Origin: Anaerohalosphaeraceae bacterium
Lineage (GTDB): Bacteria > Planctomycetota > Phycisphaerae > Sedimentisphaerales > Anaerohalosphaeraceae
Reading direction: 5' to 3'
Length of the DNA: 64,000 nt
Assembly (NCBI GenBank): GCA_963675525.2
Contig: CAXXSL010000001.1
Location: 160,001 to 224,000 of the forward strand
Below the pieces are notes generated by a model that saw only the letters and a list, made by a program, of their open reading frames with translations, had not been told where the DNA came from and searched no databases. Shown piece after piece: positions 39,552 through 50,368 of the stretch (position 1 is the first letter of the stretch; each line of letters starts with the position of its first letter). A program made the translations under genes and the position numbers.

Positions 39552-41489
39552 ATGAAGTTAGATGAGAGAAGGTCACCTTGCGCCGTTCTTTTTTTTGTAT
39601 TAATTTCGTTTCAGTTTGCCGTTTCTCAGGTTCGGCTTCCGCGGTTAATCAGTGACGGGATGGTATTGCAGCGGGATTCGGACGTTAAGATTTGGGGTTG
39701 GGCCGGTGACGGTGAACAGATCACAGTTGACTTCAACGGCAAAACATACACGGTAACCGCCGAGGCGGATGGTCAGTGGGCGGTTCGCCTTGGCGAAATG
39801 AGCGCAGGCGGTCCGTATACCATGGAAATTTGCGCTGAAAACCATATAACCCTGAACGATATCATGATCGGCGATGTGTGGGTCTGTTCCGGTCAGTCGA
39901 ATATGGAATTGCCCATGGAACGGGTCAAATACCGATATCCGGATGTTATTGCTCAATCCGACAATCCGGCCATCCGGCAATTTTTCGTTCCGCGGGTTTA
40001 CGATTTTAAGAAACCTCAGGGCGATTTTCCGTCCGGTAGTTGGGAACCAGCCAACCCTAAGACTGTTTTGAAGTTTACGGCCGCGGGCTATTTTTTCGCC
40101 AAAGAATTATATGAAAAACACCATGTCCCCATCGGCCTGATCAATGCCGGTTTAGGGGGCTCGCCAGCTCAGGCGTGGATGAGTGAAGATGCCTTGAAAG
40201 CCTTTCCGGACTATCTGGAAACAGCCAAAAAATTTCGGGACGAGGTGTATCTCAACGCGATTGTCGAAAAAGACGAGGCCGCCAGCAATGCCTGGTACAC
40301 TCAGTTGTCGCAACGGGATAAGGGATTGGCCGAGGAGTGGTTCACCCCCGGTTACGATGCTTCGGACTGGGCGACGATGAAGATCCCCGGCTACTGGACG
40401 GATCGGGGTCTGGGTCGTGTCACCGGCGTTGTCTGGTTCCGGAAAGAAATCGATGTGCCGGCTTCGATGACGAACAAACCGGCAAAGCTGTGGCTGGGCC
40501 GAATTGTTGATGCAGATCAAACATATATAAACGGCAAGCGCGTTGGTGAAATTACATATGAGTGGCCCCCAAGAATTTATGACATCGCTTCGGATCTGCT
40601 CACACCGGGCAAAAACATCATTGTCGTCCGACTGATCAATAACAGTTCCGGCCGCGGCGGTTTCGTCCCGGAGAAAAGTTATAAACTGACTGCCGCAGGT
40701 CAAACCATCGACTTGACCGGTCAATGGCAATATAAAGTTGGGGCAGCGACAGAACCATTGCTGCCCAAAACCTTTATCCAGTGGCAGCCGATGGGGTTGT
40801 ATAATGCCATGATAGCACCGCTGTTAAATTGCCGAATCAAGGGGGTGATTTGGTATCAGGGTGAATCCAACACCAGTAAACCGGGTGAATATCAGCGACT
40901 CTTCTCTGCTATGATCACCAACTGGAGAGACAAATGGGGTCAGAGCGATTTCCCGTTTTTATATGTTCAACTGGCGAATTTTATGGAAGCCAAAGACGAG
41001 CCGAGCGAGAGCAACTGGGCTGAATTGAGAGAGGCACAACTTCAGACGCTGACAGTGCCTAATACCGGAATGGTTGTCACCATTGACATCGGTGAAGGTA
41101 ATGACATACACCCATTAAACAAAGAAGATGTTGGCAAACGTCTTGCACGGGCCGCCGGAAAAATCGCCTACGGCGAAAAAGATATTGTTTGTTCCGGTCC
41201 GCTCTATGAATCAATGAGGATTGACGGTAACAAAGTCATCCTTTCATTCACACATATTGGCGGAGGTTTGGTCGCTGAAGGTGGCAAGCTTCAATCATTC
41301 GCCATTGCCGGTCCGGACAAAAAATTTGTTTGGGCCAAAGCCCAGATCGACGATGATCATGTCGTCGTCTGGAATGAGGCGGTTGACATGCCTACAGCCG
41401 TCCGGTACGCGTGGGCCGACAATCCTGAGGGTGCGAATCTCTATAACAAAGAGGGACTTCCCGCATCACCTTTTAGAACTGATAGATAG
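39552..41489 (+). CDS. Sialate O-acetylesterase-family (SASA) carbohydrate acetylesterase
   Basis: VWVCSGQSNM, IWYQGESN, DIHP, VRYAW.DNP; signal peptide. Confidence 0.9.
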   Translation: MKLDERRSPCAVLFFVLISFQFAVSQVRLPRLISDGMVLQRDSDVKIWGWAGDGEQITVDFNGKTYTVTAEADGQWAVRLGEMSAGGPYTMEICAENHITLNDIMIGDVWVCSGQSNMELPMERVKYRYPDVIAQSDNPAIRQFFVPRVYDFKKPQGDFPSGSWEPANPKTVLKFTAAGYFFAKELYEKHHVPIGLINAGLGGSPAQAWMSEDALKAFPDYLETAKKFRDEVYLNAIVEKDEAASNAWYTQLSQRDKGLAEEWFTPGYDASDWATMKIPGYWTDRGLGRVTGVVWFRKEIDVPASMTNKPAKLWLGRIVDADQTYINGKRVGEITYEWPPRIYDIASDLLTPGKNIIVVRLINNSSGRGGFVPEKSYKLTAAGQTIDLTGQWQYKVGAATEPLLPKTFIQWQPMGLYNAMIAPLLNCRIKGVIWYQGESNTSKPGEYQRLFSAMITNWRDKWGQSDFPFLYVQLANFMEAKDEPSESNWAELREAQLQTLTVPNTGMVVTIDIGEGNDIHPLNKEDVGKRLARAAGKIAYGEKDIVCSGPLYESMRIDGNKVILSFTHIGGGLVAEGGKLQSFAIAGPDKKFVWAKAQIDDDHVVVWNEAVDMPTAVRYAWADNPEGANLYNKEGLPASPFRTDR

Positions 41490-41519
41490 ACCCAGACCTA
41501 TGCGGGTATAACATCTTTA

Positions 41520-41822
41520 ACCGCGGACGGTGTGGTGAATTTGGGGGATTATTCATTGTTCGCTAAAGCGTGGCTGAGTCACGATCCCAATGACCCAACA
41601 ATGACGACAGATCCGAATTTCATCAATGAACCGATCGAAGAAGAAAAAACTTATACCGACATGCCCGATTCGGAGTTGTTTCCACTGGTCTTGGGTGTCT
41701 ATGAGATCATCGATTCGATCGAAATTTTCATTGAAAACGACCATGAAAACGCCGAAAACCTGTTCGAAGCCAAGGAATTCCTTGAGGAGGTTCTCGCTGA
41801 TATCAAGGCGTCAAGAGAGTAA
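41520..41822 (+). pseudogene. C-terminal remnant of a dockerin-like secreted protein
   Basis: ADGVVNLGDYSLFAKAWLSHDPNDP... with no signal peptide or clear RBS. Confidence 0.6.
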
Positions 41823-41879
41823 AAACTTGATTTTTCCGGCTTAAATAGATATAATTAAACTAATATAAGGAAGGATAGA

Positions 41880-42467
41880 ATGATGAAAAAAATAGGTTAC
41901 ATTTTGTTTGTTTGTTTGGCTGCCTCGTTCAGTACAGCGGAATTGATTACAATTAGCAGTGGCTATACAGCGGGTTTAATTGTTCAAGACCCGGATTCTT
42001 TTTTGATGACAGGCGGAGGTATAGGAATGTTAATGCTTGAAGATCATGTTTCCGGAGCAATTGAGGGTACTTCTGAACTTGATGAAGGTCTTGGAGGAAT
42101 TTGGGAACTGAAACCTGGAGGGTATAGCAATTTGGATATAACCGGAGGTGAAATTCATGAAATATCCATTGCTTCCTACGCAACCCTTACTCTAAGGGGT
42201 GGCCGAATTGATAATATCTATAGTGGACAGTCCGCAGATCCTAATCCCCACATCACCATTATCTACTCCGGCGATCTACCCGGTTGGAATTCCACTTCAA
42301 ATATGCTGACAGGGTTGTGGGGTAATGGCGACCCATTTTCAATTCAGTTATACGATGTTGCCGGTTACGATCCGGCCATTGACAATATCCAATTTGAACT
42401 AATCCCCGAACCGGCAACACTGGTTCTGCTTGGTTTGGGCGGATTACTATTGAGGCGGAAACGATAA
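41880..42467 (+). CDS. PEP-CTERM sorting domain protein
   Basis: Signal peptide; IPEPATLVLLGLGGLLLRRKR; promoter TTGATT-17-TATAAT at 41827-41855. Confidence 0.92.
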   Translation: MMKKIGYILFVCLAASFSTAELITISSGYTAGLIVQDPDSFLMTGGGIGMLMLEDHVSGAIEGTSELDEGLGGIWELKPGGYSNLDITGGEIHEISIASYATLTLRGGRIDNIYSGQSADPNPHITIIYSGDLPGWNSTSNMLTGLWGNGDPFSIQLYDVAGYDPAIDNIQFELIPEPATLVLLGLGGLLLRRKR

Positions 42468-42479
42468 TTGTAACTTTTC

Positions 42480-42517
42480 AACGGCTTCTGTTCTTCATCG
42501 AGCAGAAGCCGTTTTTT
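42480..42517 (+). terminator. Intrinsic terminator
   Basis: AACGGCTTCTG...CAGAAGCCGTT followed by a T run. Confidence 0.8.
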
Positions 42518-42664
42518 GATACAACTACAACTATTGTACAACTAAATACCTGATTAGCTCATAAAACTGCCGAATCTGTCATGTCATAAAGTCTTGTATA
42601 TTCATCACTTAAAAATTTCTTAAAAAGTGACAAAGTTTTTAATATCCTGTCTTCACTATTGGAA

Positions 42665-45442
42665 TCAATCATTGAGCCAGTTATTGGCAAACTCGGCAAA
42701 TTCACGGAGATTGATCAAGCAGTCACCGTTGAGGTCCAGGTCGATGCAGTCGTTCAGAAGCCAGTACGTCATGAACAGCGGCAGGTCGTCCGCATTGACA
42801 TTACCGTCGCCGCTCAGATCGCCGTAAATCGGTTCAATTGGACTTCCTGTGACCTCAATGCTATCAATGGCCATATCTCCTTGAAAACCCCCCGCGGCCA
42901 CTGCACGAAAACGAATCTGAATCGAACCGGTGTAAGATGTTAAGTCTACAGTCGCCTGTGTATATTCTTCACTGTTGGAGGTGTGCTGTTGACCGCTAAG
43001 ATTCCAGACGGCTTCATGCCAGGTGCCATCGTAAACGTCAACATTCAGGGTTCCAATGCTCGAACCGTACATATGATAATAAAATGTCAGCACGCGTCCC
43101 AGCCCATTTATCAGGGGGCTTTCCAGTATCGCTGTATCTCCGGCATTTGACGCACCGCCCGAAGAACACTCAAGATATACGTACCACGTACTGCTGTTTG
43201 CTCCGCTGTCCGGACCGGTATTGGGTGACGGTGTGCCGCCTGAATTACGGGTCCAGTCATGCGAATCCTCGCCGGAGATGTTTACCCAGTCTCCGAATCC
43301 GCTTTCAAAATCGGCTGCACTGAGCTGGACAATGCTACCATCGTTCGGCATCGCATTTTCTTCAACGGAGTATGTGCTTTCATTCGTGTCAGTGTCGACG
43401 GCGGTGACGACATAGTAGTAAGTTGTATAATTGGTTACGGTGTTATCCGTAAATCCCGGGCTGCTTAACAAAGAGCTGTTCAGTTGGGTATATCCGCCGC
43501 CCGGTGTTGTGGACTGGTATACATTATAACCAGCCAGGTCACTTTCTGTATTAGCAGTCCAGTCAAGTGAGACTGTGGCATCACCTGCTGTTGCGACAAG
43601 GCCCTGAGGCGGATTGGGAGGCGTTAATCCTGTATCAGCCATAAGCGACAGCGTGGTGACTGATTGTGCCGGCAGTGTCAAAGGATTGGCCGGATTAAAG
43701 CTGCCGACAGAGGCGCAGTTTTCCGTCTGGCTTGTCCGATAGACATCGCCGGACAAAATTGACAAACCGGCAAAAGAAAGCGTCAGGTTAATATCGATCG
43801 TGGAATTGGTATTGATGATTACAACGCTCACTTCGCTGTTGTCAGGACTGATATAGGCCGACATTCGAACATCGGCGGAATCCTCTGTTGTGTCCACTCT
43901 CTGCCAGTCCGAATGGATAAAAGCTGAATATTGTTTGAAGCCGTAATAGTCGTTGTAGATGGTGTAGGACGATGAGGTGATATACACAAGCCCGGAACCG
44001 GCGGTGCCCCAGAACAGATCCCAATACAGATATCCCGAGACTTCCTCAACGGTCAGAGAGTTATGCAGTAATAACGCGATGTCCAGAGCGTCGGGCCAAC
44101 TGCTCGTTGATTTTTCGTATTCTGTTTGGAAGAGAGGTTTGGTGCCCCACGATGTGTTGAAACTTTGCATTGCACTGAGATATGCGTCGGGGTTGTCGCC
44201 TGCATTGATGTTATAAAGGTGATGCGCGTAGCCGTAGGCATGGGATTGATTGATTAACGCCGAAATATAATCGGACGGGCTGCCTCCGGCGGCGCCGTTA
44301 AAACCGGTTGTTTCAGGCGCGAGCATCTTGGGCTTTGATGAACCGAACCGGGAATCAAACTCGTTATAAACCGCCTCGAAGGCCTGGTCATAGCCGGCGT
44401 TGGTTGAATTCTGTGTGGGATCGAATCGGCAGGAATCCCATGTGGCGGTATAGTCGACTTCGTTTTGAATACTAATATAGTCGGCATCCACTCCGTAACC
44501 GGCCCATGCCGTTATACTGTCAGCCCACCAGTCAGCATACCCGGCGTAGTCATAGTTGGTTGGCCCTCCGATAATTGTACCGCCGTTTGCGGTATCGCCG
44601 TTGCTTTTGAGATAAGCGGGGGGAGACCAGGCGCAAATCAGAGTTTTCAGGGGACGGCCCAAGGACGCTTCTCCGTTGCTGATTATGGTACTGGAGTTGC
44701 TCATATAGCCGGTGGCGCCGTCCTGGTCGTAGGCGTTTCTCAGGCGATATATGTCAAGACCAAGGTCACCGAAGAGTATATCGTATATCTGGGGTTGGGA
44801 TTGGCCGAGGCTGACAAGTGTGCCTTCATACCAAGCTCCGGCAGCACCGAACCCATCAATGGTCTGATGGCGTGTATTGACATTGACAGTGCCGTTTGCG
44901 GTAGGGTCGCCGGAGCTAACCTCCGGGCCGTATACAACCGCATCATCCAAATAGATATCGATGCCTGAATCGGGGCCTTCAGCATACACAAGCAGTTCGG
45001 TGAGTGTGCCGGTTACATTTAACGTGAAACTGCCTGAAATTTGGGTCCAGCCGCTGTTGCTGGCGGTACCATTGGCTGCCCATGAATAATTTGTTCCGTT
45101 GCCATCAGTTTGTTGGAAAGATATATGAATGGTCGAACTGGCGGAGTTATTGGTTCTGACCCAGCCGGATACGGTATAGGTTGCACCTTCGACCATTTTG
45201 CCCATCATATTCTGCTGAATCCCGTGCCAGGTGGCGGTTCTGCCATAAGCACGTCCGCTGTAGGAGCCGCTGTGAACGGGTGACGTTACGGTGCTAATGG
45301 AGCCGCCGCCACGCGCGGACCAGCCGGTAGTCCCGCTTTCAAAGCCGGGGTTATCCAGTATGTTTGTGTCGCCGTATAAAGGGATGCTGAGTAATATAAG
45401 CATGGCAAACAAAACAACTTCAAGTGCTTTACGAGGCATCAT
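42665..45442 (-). CDS. Secreted GH30 (probable xylanase): CBM4_9/22, GH30, Fn3, MAM, dockerin-like
   Basis: NPGFESG (CBM); AWSPP, ISIQNE, AHHLY, FQTEY (GH30); LAGYNVY (Fn3); DWTRNSGGTPS..FYYHMYG..AID (MAM); paired EF hands. Confidence 0.85.
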   Translation of the reverse strand: MMPRKALEVVLFAMLILLSIPLYGDTNILDNPGFESGTTGWSARGGGSISTVTSPVHSGSYSGRAYGRTATWHGIQQNMMGKMVEGATYTVSGWVRTNNSASSTIHISFQQTDGNGTNYSWAANGTASNSGWTQISGSFTLNVTGTLTELLVYAEGPDSGIDIYLDDAVVYGPEVSSGDPTANGTVNVNTRHQTIDGFGAAGAWYEGTLVSLGQSQPQIYDILFGDLGLDIYRLRNAYDQDGATGYMSNSSTIISNGEASLGRPLKTLICAWSPPAYLKSNGDTANGGTIIGGPTNYDYAGYADWWADSITAWAGYGVDADYISIQNEVDYTATWDSCRFDPTQNSTNAGYDQAFEAVYNEFDSRFGSSKPKMLAPETTGFNGAAGGSPSDYISALINQSHAYGYAHHLYNINAGDNPDAYLSAMQSFNTSWGTKPLFQTEYEKSTSSWPDALDIALLLHNSLTVEEVSGYLYWDLFWGTAGSGLVYITSSSYTIYNDYYGFKQYSAFIHSDWQRVDTTEDSADVRMSAYISPDNSEVSVVIINTNSTIDINLTLSFAGLSILSGDVYRTSQTENCASVGSFNPANPLTLPAQSVTTLSLMADTGLTPPNPPQGLVATAGDATVSLDWTANTESDLAGYNVYQSTTPGGGYTQLNSSLLSSPGFTDNTVTNYTTYYYVVTAVDTDTNESTYSVEENAMPNDGSIVQLSAADFESGFGDWVNISGEDSHDWTRNSGGTPSPNTGPDSGANSSTWYVYLECSSGGASNAGDTAILESPLINGLGRVLTFYYHMYGSSIGTLNVDVYDGTWHEAVWNLSGQQHTSNSEEYTQATVDLTSYTGSIQIRFRAVAAGGFQGDMAIDSIEVTGSPIEPIYGDLSGDGNVNADDLPLFMTYWLLNDCIDLDLNGDCLINLREFAEFANNWLND

Positions 45443-45467
45443 TCTCTCCTGGGTATTATATTATTAG

Positions 45468-47453
45468 TTACCAGTTCTCAGTACATTCAATTTCTTGCGG
45501 ATTATTGCACATCAACCATTGGTTCGAGAATTCAATGAGATCAAGTATCGTCACTTGGTTGTCGGATACAATATCCGGGGAATAATCAGGAGGTATCGCT
45601 TCAGGTGTGGAACTTAACCACTGTCTGCCCAGAACCACCAGATCTGAAAAATCCGTATAACAATTTCCATTTAAATCAGACACTAACCTGTAACCGAAAT
45701 CACGGACGTCCTGGCAGGTAGCGGGATCCGTCATATCAGTAAGCTGAAGGATGAATTCACTGGGGCTTTCAGGCAGTACTTCGATTGTTGTAACGGTCGG
45801 GTCCGCTCCGTTCGGTGTCAGCGTGACGGTGTATGTTCCATAGAAGCCTCTGAAATCGGCTCCGCCGTCGATATCGGTTATTCCGGAACCAAGCGTTGTC
45901 CACTCATTCATCAGGTCTTGATATCGGAGACCTGCAGCGTTTAAAGTCCAGTCAGAATTCACCAGGTGTGCGTTTTCACGCCAGAGCGCATCCTCCCAGA
46001 ATCCCCACATGAGAATCCCTTCCACGGCGGGGTGGCTGAAGGCAACGCGGTAAAAATCTTCAAGCTGATCGGCTCGGCTGTATACGTTGGGATCCACAAT
46101 GTCGAATTCCGTAACCCAAATGGGAAGGCCGGTTTCGGCGATGCTGTCAAAGCGTGCCTTGATGGTCGCAGGACTAAAGCCGGAACTCATATGGCATTGA
46201 ACACCTAACCCGTGGATGGGCGCCCCCTGCATTGTCAAGTCATAGGCCATCTGTTTAAAGTCGCTGAGATTATAGCCGCCGCTGATGACATTGTAATCAT
46301 TGAGGAAAAGCATGCAATTCGGATCAATGGCTGCCGCGGCCTGAAACATCCAGGGGCGAATATCAACTCCGAGGCGATCGGCATAGAAGGCATTGTTACA
46401 CATTTCATTGTTGACGTCCCAGTGGAGAAATTTTCCCTTAAAATGATTAACTGCACTGTTCAGTCTGTCTTCGACGGCCGTTCGCAGGCCGCTGGTAGCC
46501 GGAAGCGGCGCATAATCAAGGGCTTGTACCCAGTCCTGTACGGTATTTTGCGCGGCCCAGAAAATGCAGTGCCCGCGCATTTTAATATCGTTAGCCGCAC
46601 AAAAGTTAAACATATTATCCGCATTCTCATAGGTGACATAATCTTCGGAAGGTTCATTGTGATACCATTTTGAGGCATTTTCGCAGACGGCCCATTCAAA
46701 GTGATCTTTAAAGAAATTCAGATAGTCAGTATTGTCCATATGATGCCTACTCATTGCGGAGCCAAAAGCGAAATGATGACGTGTCTGTACGATCTGAATA
46801 TCGATATCAGGAACAGCAAATTCGGGATTATTTGGGGCAACCGCCGTAATGCGGAAATCACCTTTTCGGATTTGTTCAATGCGGCTGTCGGCTTCCGCTT
46901 CCCAATTGCCGCTGTCGGTGGCAACAACAGAAACGTCATCAACATAGAAGTTGACGCCTGCCGGAGGCAGCTCAAAATACAGCAGCAGGTCGGTCAGGGT
47001 CCCGGTGACCTGAAGCGTAAAGAAACCCGATAGATTTGTCCAGCCGCTGTCGGAAACGGTTGAACCAACGATGTAATGATATTTTGTACCGGCGTCATCT
47101 GTCTGCTTGATCGTGATTTTGACATCTGCGGAAGTGGCGTTCTGAATTCTCACCCACCCCGTGATGCTGCAGGTCTGATCATCGTTGATATCCCCTAAAA
47201 GTGATTGGGCGATACCGTTCCAGGTTGCGGTCCGGTTGCTGACAAGTGCACTGTAATTACCCGAACGAGCTGTTGTGGACGAGTTGATCGTACAACCGTA
47301 TCCGGACCAACCTTCGGTAGTCCCGGTTTCGAAATCGGGATTCGTTAATTGATTGACTGCAAGGCTGGGTTGAGACAAGGCAAATAAAAACAATAAAGGT
47401 AGGAATATCGTACTCTCAATACAATGTATTATACATTTTCGGACTCTCATCAC
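45468..47453 (-). CDS. Secreted GH10 endo-1,4-beta-xylanase: CBM4_9/22, GH10, dockerin-like
   Basis: ENASKW, RGHCIFW, HWDVNNE, FLNDYN, GVQCH, WVTEFD, MWGFW. Confidence 0.92.
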   Translation of the reverse strand: MMRVRKCIIHCIESTIFLPLLFLFALSQPSLAVNQLTNPDFETGTTEGWSGYGCTINSSTTARSGNYSALVSNRTATWNGIAQSLLGDINDDQTCSITGWVRIQNATSADVKITIKQTDDAGTKYHYIVGSTVSDSGWTNLSGFFTLQVTGTLTDLLLYFELPPAGVNFYVDDVSVVATDSGNWEAEADSRIEQIRKGDFRITAVAPNNPEFAVPDIDIQIVQTRHHFAFGSAMSRHHMDNTDYLNFFKDHFEWAVCENASKWYHNEPSEDYVTYENADNMFNFCAANDIKMRGHCIFWAAQNTVQDWVQALDYAPLPATSGLRTAVEDRLNSAVNHFKGKFLHWDVNNEMCNNAFYADRLGVDIRPWMFQAAAAIDPNCMLFLNDYNVISGGYNLSDFKQMAYDLTMQGAPIHGLGVQCHMSSGFSPATIKARFDSIAETGLPIWVTEFDIVDPNVYSRADQLEDFYRVAFSHPAVEGILMWGFWEDALWRENAHLVNSDWTLNAAGLRYQDLMNEWTTLGSGITDIDGGADFRGFYGTYTVTLTPNGADPTVTTIEVLPESPSEFILQLTDMTDPATCQDVRDFGYRLVSDLNGNCYTDFSDLVVLGRQWLSSTPEAIPPDYSPDIVSDNQVTILDLIEFSNQWLMCNNPQEIECTENW

Positions 47454-47551
47454 ATCCCCGGTTGAATGTCTATTTTCCTGTATGTATCTCCCCGCTCGTA
47501 AAAGAAGACCGATTTATATATCGATAATAGGGTGTTGTCTGTCGATTTTCG

Positions 47552-47607
47552 GTAAACGTTTACTGATTTCGAATCTAATAGTAGCAGAAATTGGCACATT
47601 ATGTCAA
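47552..47607 (-). promoter_or_regulatory. GH10/GH30 promoter with downstream LacI operator
   Basis: Minus strand TTGACA-18-TACTAT; palindrome GTAAACGTTTAC at 47552-47563. Confidence 0.75.
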
Positions 47608-47828
47608 GCAAAAAGAAAATCCCCCATATTTTTGTTAATTTGAGTAGCCCTTTGTATGATGTGAAATAAAAAATTTTAGTCTTATATAAAATTCGATTTC
47701 CCTCAGGAAATCCAAGAGAATAAACCGAAGTTCTTATATTTAAAGAAGATATGTTAATTTTAGGAGGTTTTTATGTGTGCGGGGTGTGCACAGTAGAATA
47801 AAAAAAAGTATCTCAAAAAAAAAATAAC

Positions 47829-47874
47829 TTGACTGAAATCTTAAAACAGAATAATATCTAAGTAAACGTTTACT
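47829..47874 (+). promoter_or_regulatory. LacI-gene promoter with operator
   Basis: TTGACT-17-TAATAT, then perfect palindrome AGTAAACGTTTACT at 47861-47874. Confidence 0.75.
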
Positions 47875-47885
47875 GGAGGTTATTC

Positions 47886-48911
47886 GTGGAAAAAACAGTT
47901 CAACGACCAACGGCTCGAGAAATTGCAAACCAATGTGGTGTCAGTGTTGCCACGGTAAGTCGGGTCCTCAATCGCAATTTCAAGAACGGCTTCTCTGTTC
48001 GTCGGGAACTTCATGAACGAATTACTAAAATGGCCGATGAACTGGGTTACCGTCCGAACCTTGCGGCTCGAAACCTCGCCCAACAGCAAACACATATTAT
48101 CGCGTTTTTAGGATGTAATACCTCTTTCGGATGGCCCACCAATATTTATCAGCTTACTTGTGAGACCGCGATTCGTTTTCTTCAAAGTCACGGCTACAAC
48201 ATTTGTACAGCAGCACCGAATCTGGAAAGGGATAATACCGAATTGCCCCCATGGCGCGTGGATGGTGTGGTCGTTCTTCAGGAATGTTCGCCTGAGACGA
48301 TCGAAGAGATGGAACGGATTCAACTGCCGTATGTGGTTATCAATGGTGTGGGGGGGGCAAACTGTTGCTCGATTGTTCCGGATGATGTTGATGCGACCCA
48401 ACGTGCAGTCGGCCATTTGTTGGATCTGGGCCATCAACGTATTGCGTATGCCGGCCCTTCTCCGGAGCATCGGCATCATGCCAGTATCGGGCATCGCCAT
48501 CGAACCTATCTTTCTGAAATAAGCACACATGGCCTTGAGCCCATATCAGGGCATGAGGCATCATTTGTTTCGGGCCTGGATTTTCTGGTTTCGTCGGTCT
48601 TGAAGCAAAAAGCCACTGCGATAATCGCTTATGACCATGTCATCGCCATGAAACTCCTCCACGATGCCAATATTCTCAATATCGAAATTCCCAAGCAAGT
48701 CAGTCTTGTTTGTTTTAATGATGAGAAACTCTGCGACTTGGTGGTTCCACCGCTTACGACAGTGGGTGTACCGTCGGCGAAAATGGGCCAGGTGGCCGCG
48801 GAACTGCTTTTGAAGCAGATTGAATCTCCGAAAGAAAAGTGTCCGCCGGAATGCATTAAATTACAGGAGGATCTTATCATTCGGTCATCGACGGCAGAGC
48901 CGTTGAGTTAA
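47886..48911 (+). CDS. LacI family transcriptional regulator
   Basis: TAREIANQCGVSVATVSRVLN, LGYRPN, LGHQRIAY, PPLTTV. Confidence 0.95.
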   Translation: MEKTVQRPTAREIANQCGVSVATVSRVLNRNFKNGFSVRRELHERITKMADELGYRPNLAARNLAQQQTHIIAFLGCNTSFGWPTNIYQLTCETAIRFLQSHGYNICTAAPNLERDNTELPPWRVDGVVVLQECSPETIEEMERIQLPYVVINGVGGANCCSIVPDDVDATQRAVGHLLDLGHQRIAYAGPSPEHRHHASIGHRHRTYLSEISTHGLEPISGHEASFVSGLDFLVSSVLKQKATAIIAYDHVIAMKLLHDANILNIEIPKQVSLVCFNDEKLCDLVVPPLTTVGVPSAKMGQVAAELLLKQIESPKEKCPPECIKLQEDLIIRSSTAEPLS

Positions 48912-49051
48912 TTTAACGTGCGCAGATAGCAGATAGATAAAGGTCCGTTAAGGAGAAGTGTCATAGAAAACGATTCTGACAAAGGAATCAATCGGGTAAT
49001 GAAAGAAGTTAGAGAAACAATCAAAGACAGAGGATTTTTCGGAGGTTAATT

Positions 49052-50320
49052 ATGATGGGAAATGTAAAATTATTTATGGCGATATTATTAAGTATCGCGA
49101 CGATGGCTTCGGGAGTCGAAGTTATTAGTATCGACATCAACAATTATGGCAACGATGTTGCCTACATCGGAGAAGCAGCCGTGTCGGGTGCGACCGAGTG
49201 GGTCGTTTACTATGGCGGCTGGGGTACACCGGTCGGTTCGCCGAGAAGCGCCGATCTTGCTGAGGCGAAAGTACATTATCCTGAAGCGGATCCTCCGGAT
49301 CCGTATCCAAGCAGCACCTACGCCGAACAGGTGTGGCTGGGAGACCCGGGCGGGCATGGCTATCCGGGATCGGGTGACACGCTGCTGGGTGATGGTTTTC
49401 AGAGCAACACCCCCAGTCCAACTTCGCTCAGCACCGATCCGAATATTGCGTTTATCGGTTTAGACCTGTTTTCCGGCGATCAGGTCGGCGATGACGCTTA
49501 TGGCGGAACGTTTGATATGTATGTTTATGGAAACAGCGCAGGGACCTTTACCCTGACAAATGCAGACCCGAATGGAATGGTGGTCATTGCCTCCGGTTCT
49601 GTAACAGGAACAACGTCGGGCTTTGTTGAAGGCGAGAATTATGTTGTCTTTAGTGGTGTGAGCATCGCCGATCCCAACAGTGCCCTGTTGTGGTATTCGA
49701 ATGAACTCAATGGAATCCAGTTGGTCAGCACAAAACAAACGCCCAAGGTCATCAATCCGGATTCGGTGGACCCCAATGATTACACCATCACAATATCGGA
49801 TTGGGATGTGGCTTTTGATACGAATGGCCGTCCCGATGAAACGAATTATGGCTTCGGCAGTTATTATGGTCCGGACTTTTACCCAGGCTCGGTTGGCATC
49901 TTGGACACGGGCGATGCGATGGAATATGACGTATCCATTGATGCTGCCGCTCAGGGGCAATATAATCTGACGATCTTTATGGACACAACCTATGGTGCAA
50001 CCACACTGAATTTCTTCCTTGATGGAATCCCAATCGGCAGTCTGACCGGGTCTGCCATCGGCCCAGAGACAGTAGGGCCTCTGTCGTTCAATCTTTTCAC
50101 TGGTATGCATACACTGAAATGGCAGTCAACGGGCTACCAAGGGGCTAATCTTGGAAACATCGTCTTGAATTACGTCGGCCCCATCATCCTGAATGATTGT
50201 GCGGATGTCTATACATACGGCCTGCAGCTTGGGGGGGATATCACCGGCGATTGCCGTGTCGATATCAGCGATCTTGCATTGATAGTGGCCGAGTGGACCA
50301 ACGACTATAATCCATTTTAA
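49052..50320 (+). CDS. Secreted acidic protein with CBM6-like beta-sandwich and single EF-hand/dockerin-like tail
   Basis: Signal peptide; GDAMEYDV..GQYNL..GMHTLKW; GDITGDCRVDISDLALIVAEW. Confidence 0.7.
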   Translation: MMGNVKLFMAILLSIATMASGVEVISIDINNYGNDVAYIGEAAVSGATEWVVYYGGWGTPVGSPRSADLAEAKVHYPEADPPDPYPSSTYAEQVWLGDPGGHGYPGSGDTLLGDGFQSNTPSPTSLSTDPNIAFIGLDLFSGDQVGDDAYGGTFDMYVYGNSAGTFTLTNADPNGMVVIASGSVTGTTSGFVEGENYVVFSGVSIADPNSALLWYSNELNGIQLVSTKQTPKVINPDSVDPNDYTITISDWDVAFDTNGRPDETNYGFGSYYGPDFYPGSVGILDTGDAMEYDVSIDAAAQGQYNLTIFMDTTYGATTLNFFLDGIPIGSLTGSAIGPETVGPLSFNLFTGMHTLKWQSTGYQGANLGNIVLNYVGPIILNDCADVYTYGLQLGGDITGDCRVDISDLALIVAEWTNDYNPF

Positions 50321-50368
50321 TAATGTAACAGAAAAACCAATGAAATGGCCTTATTAAGAGGAGATAAT

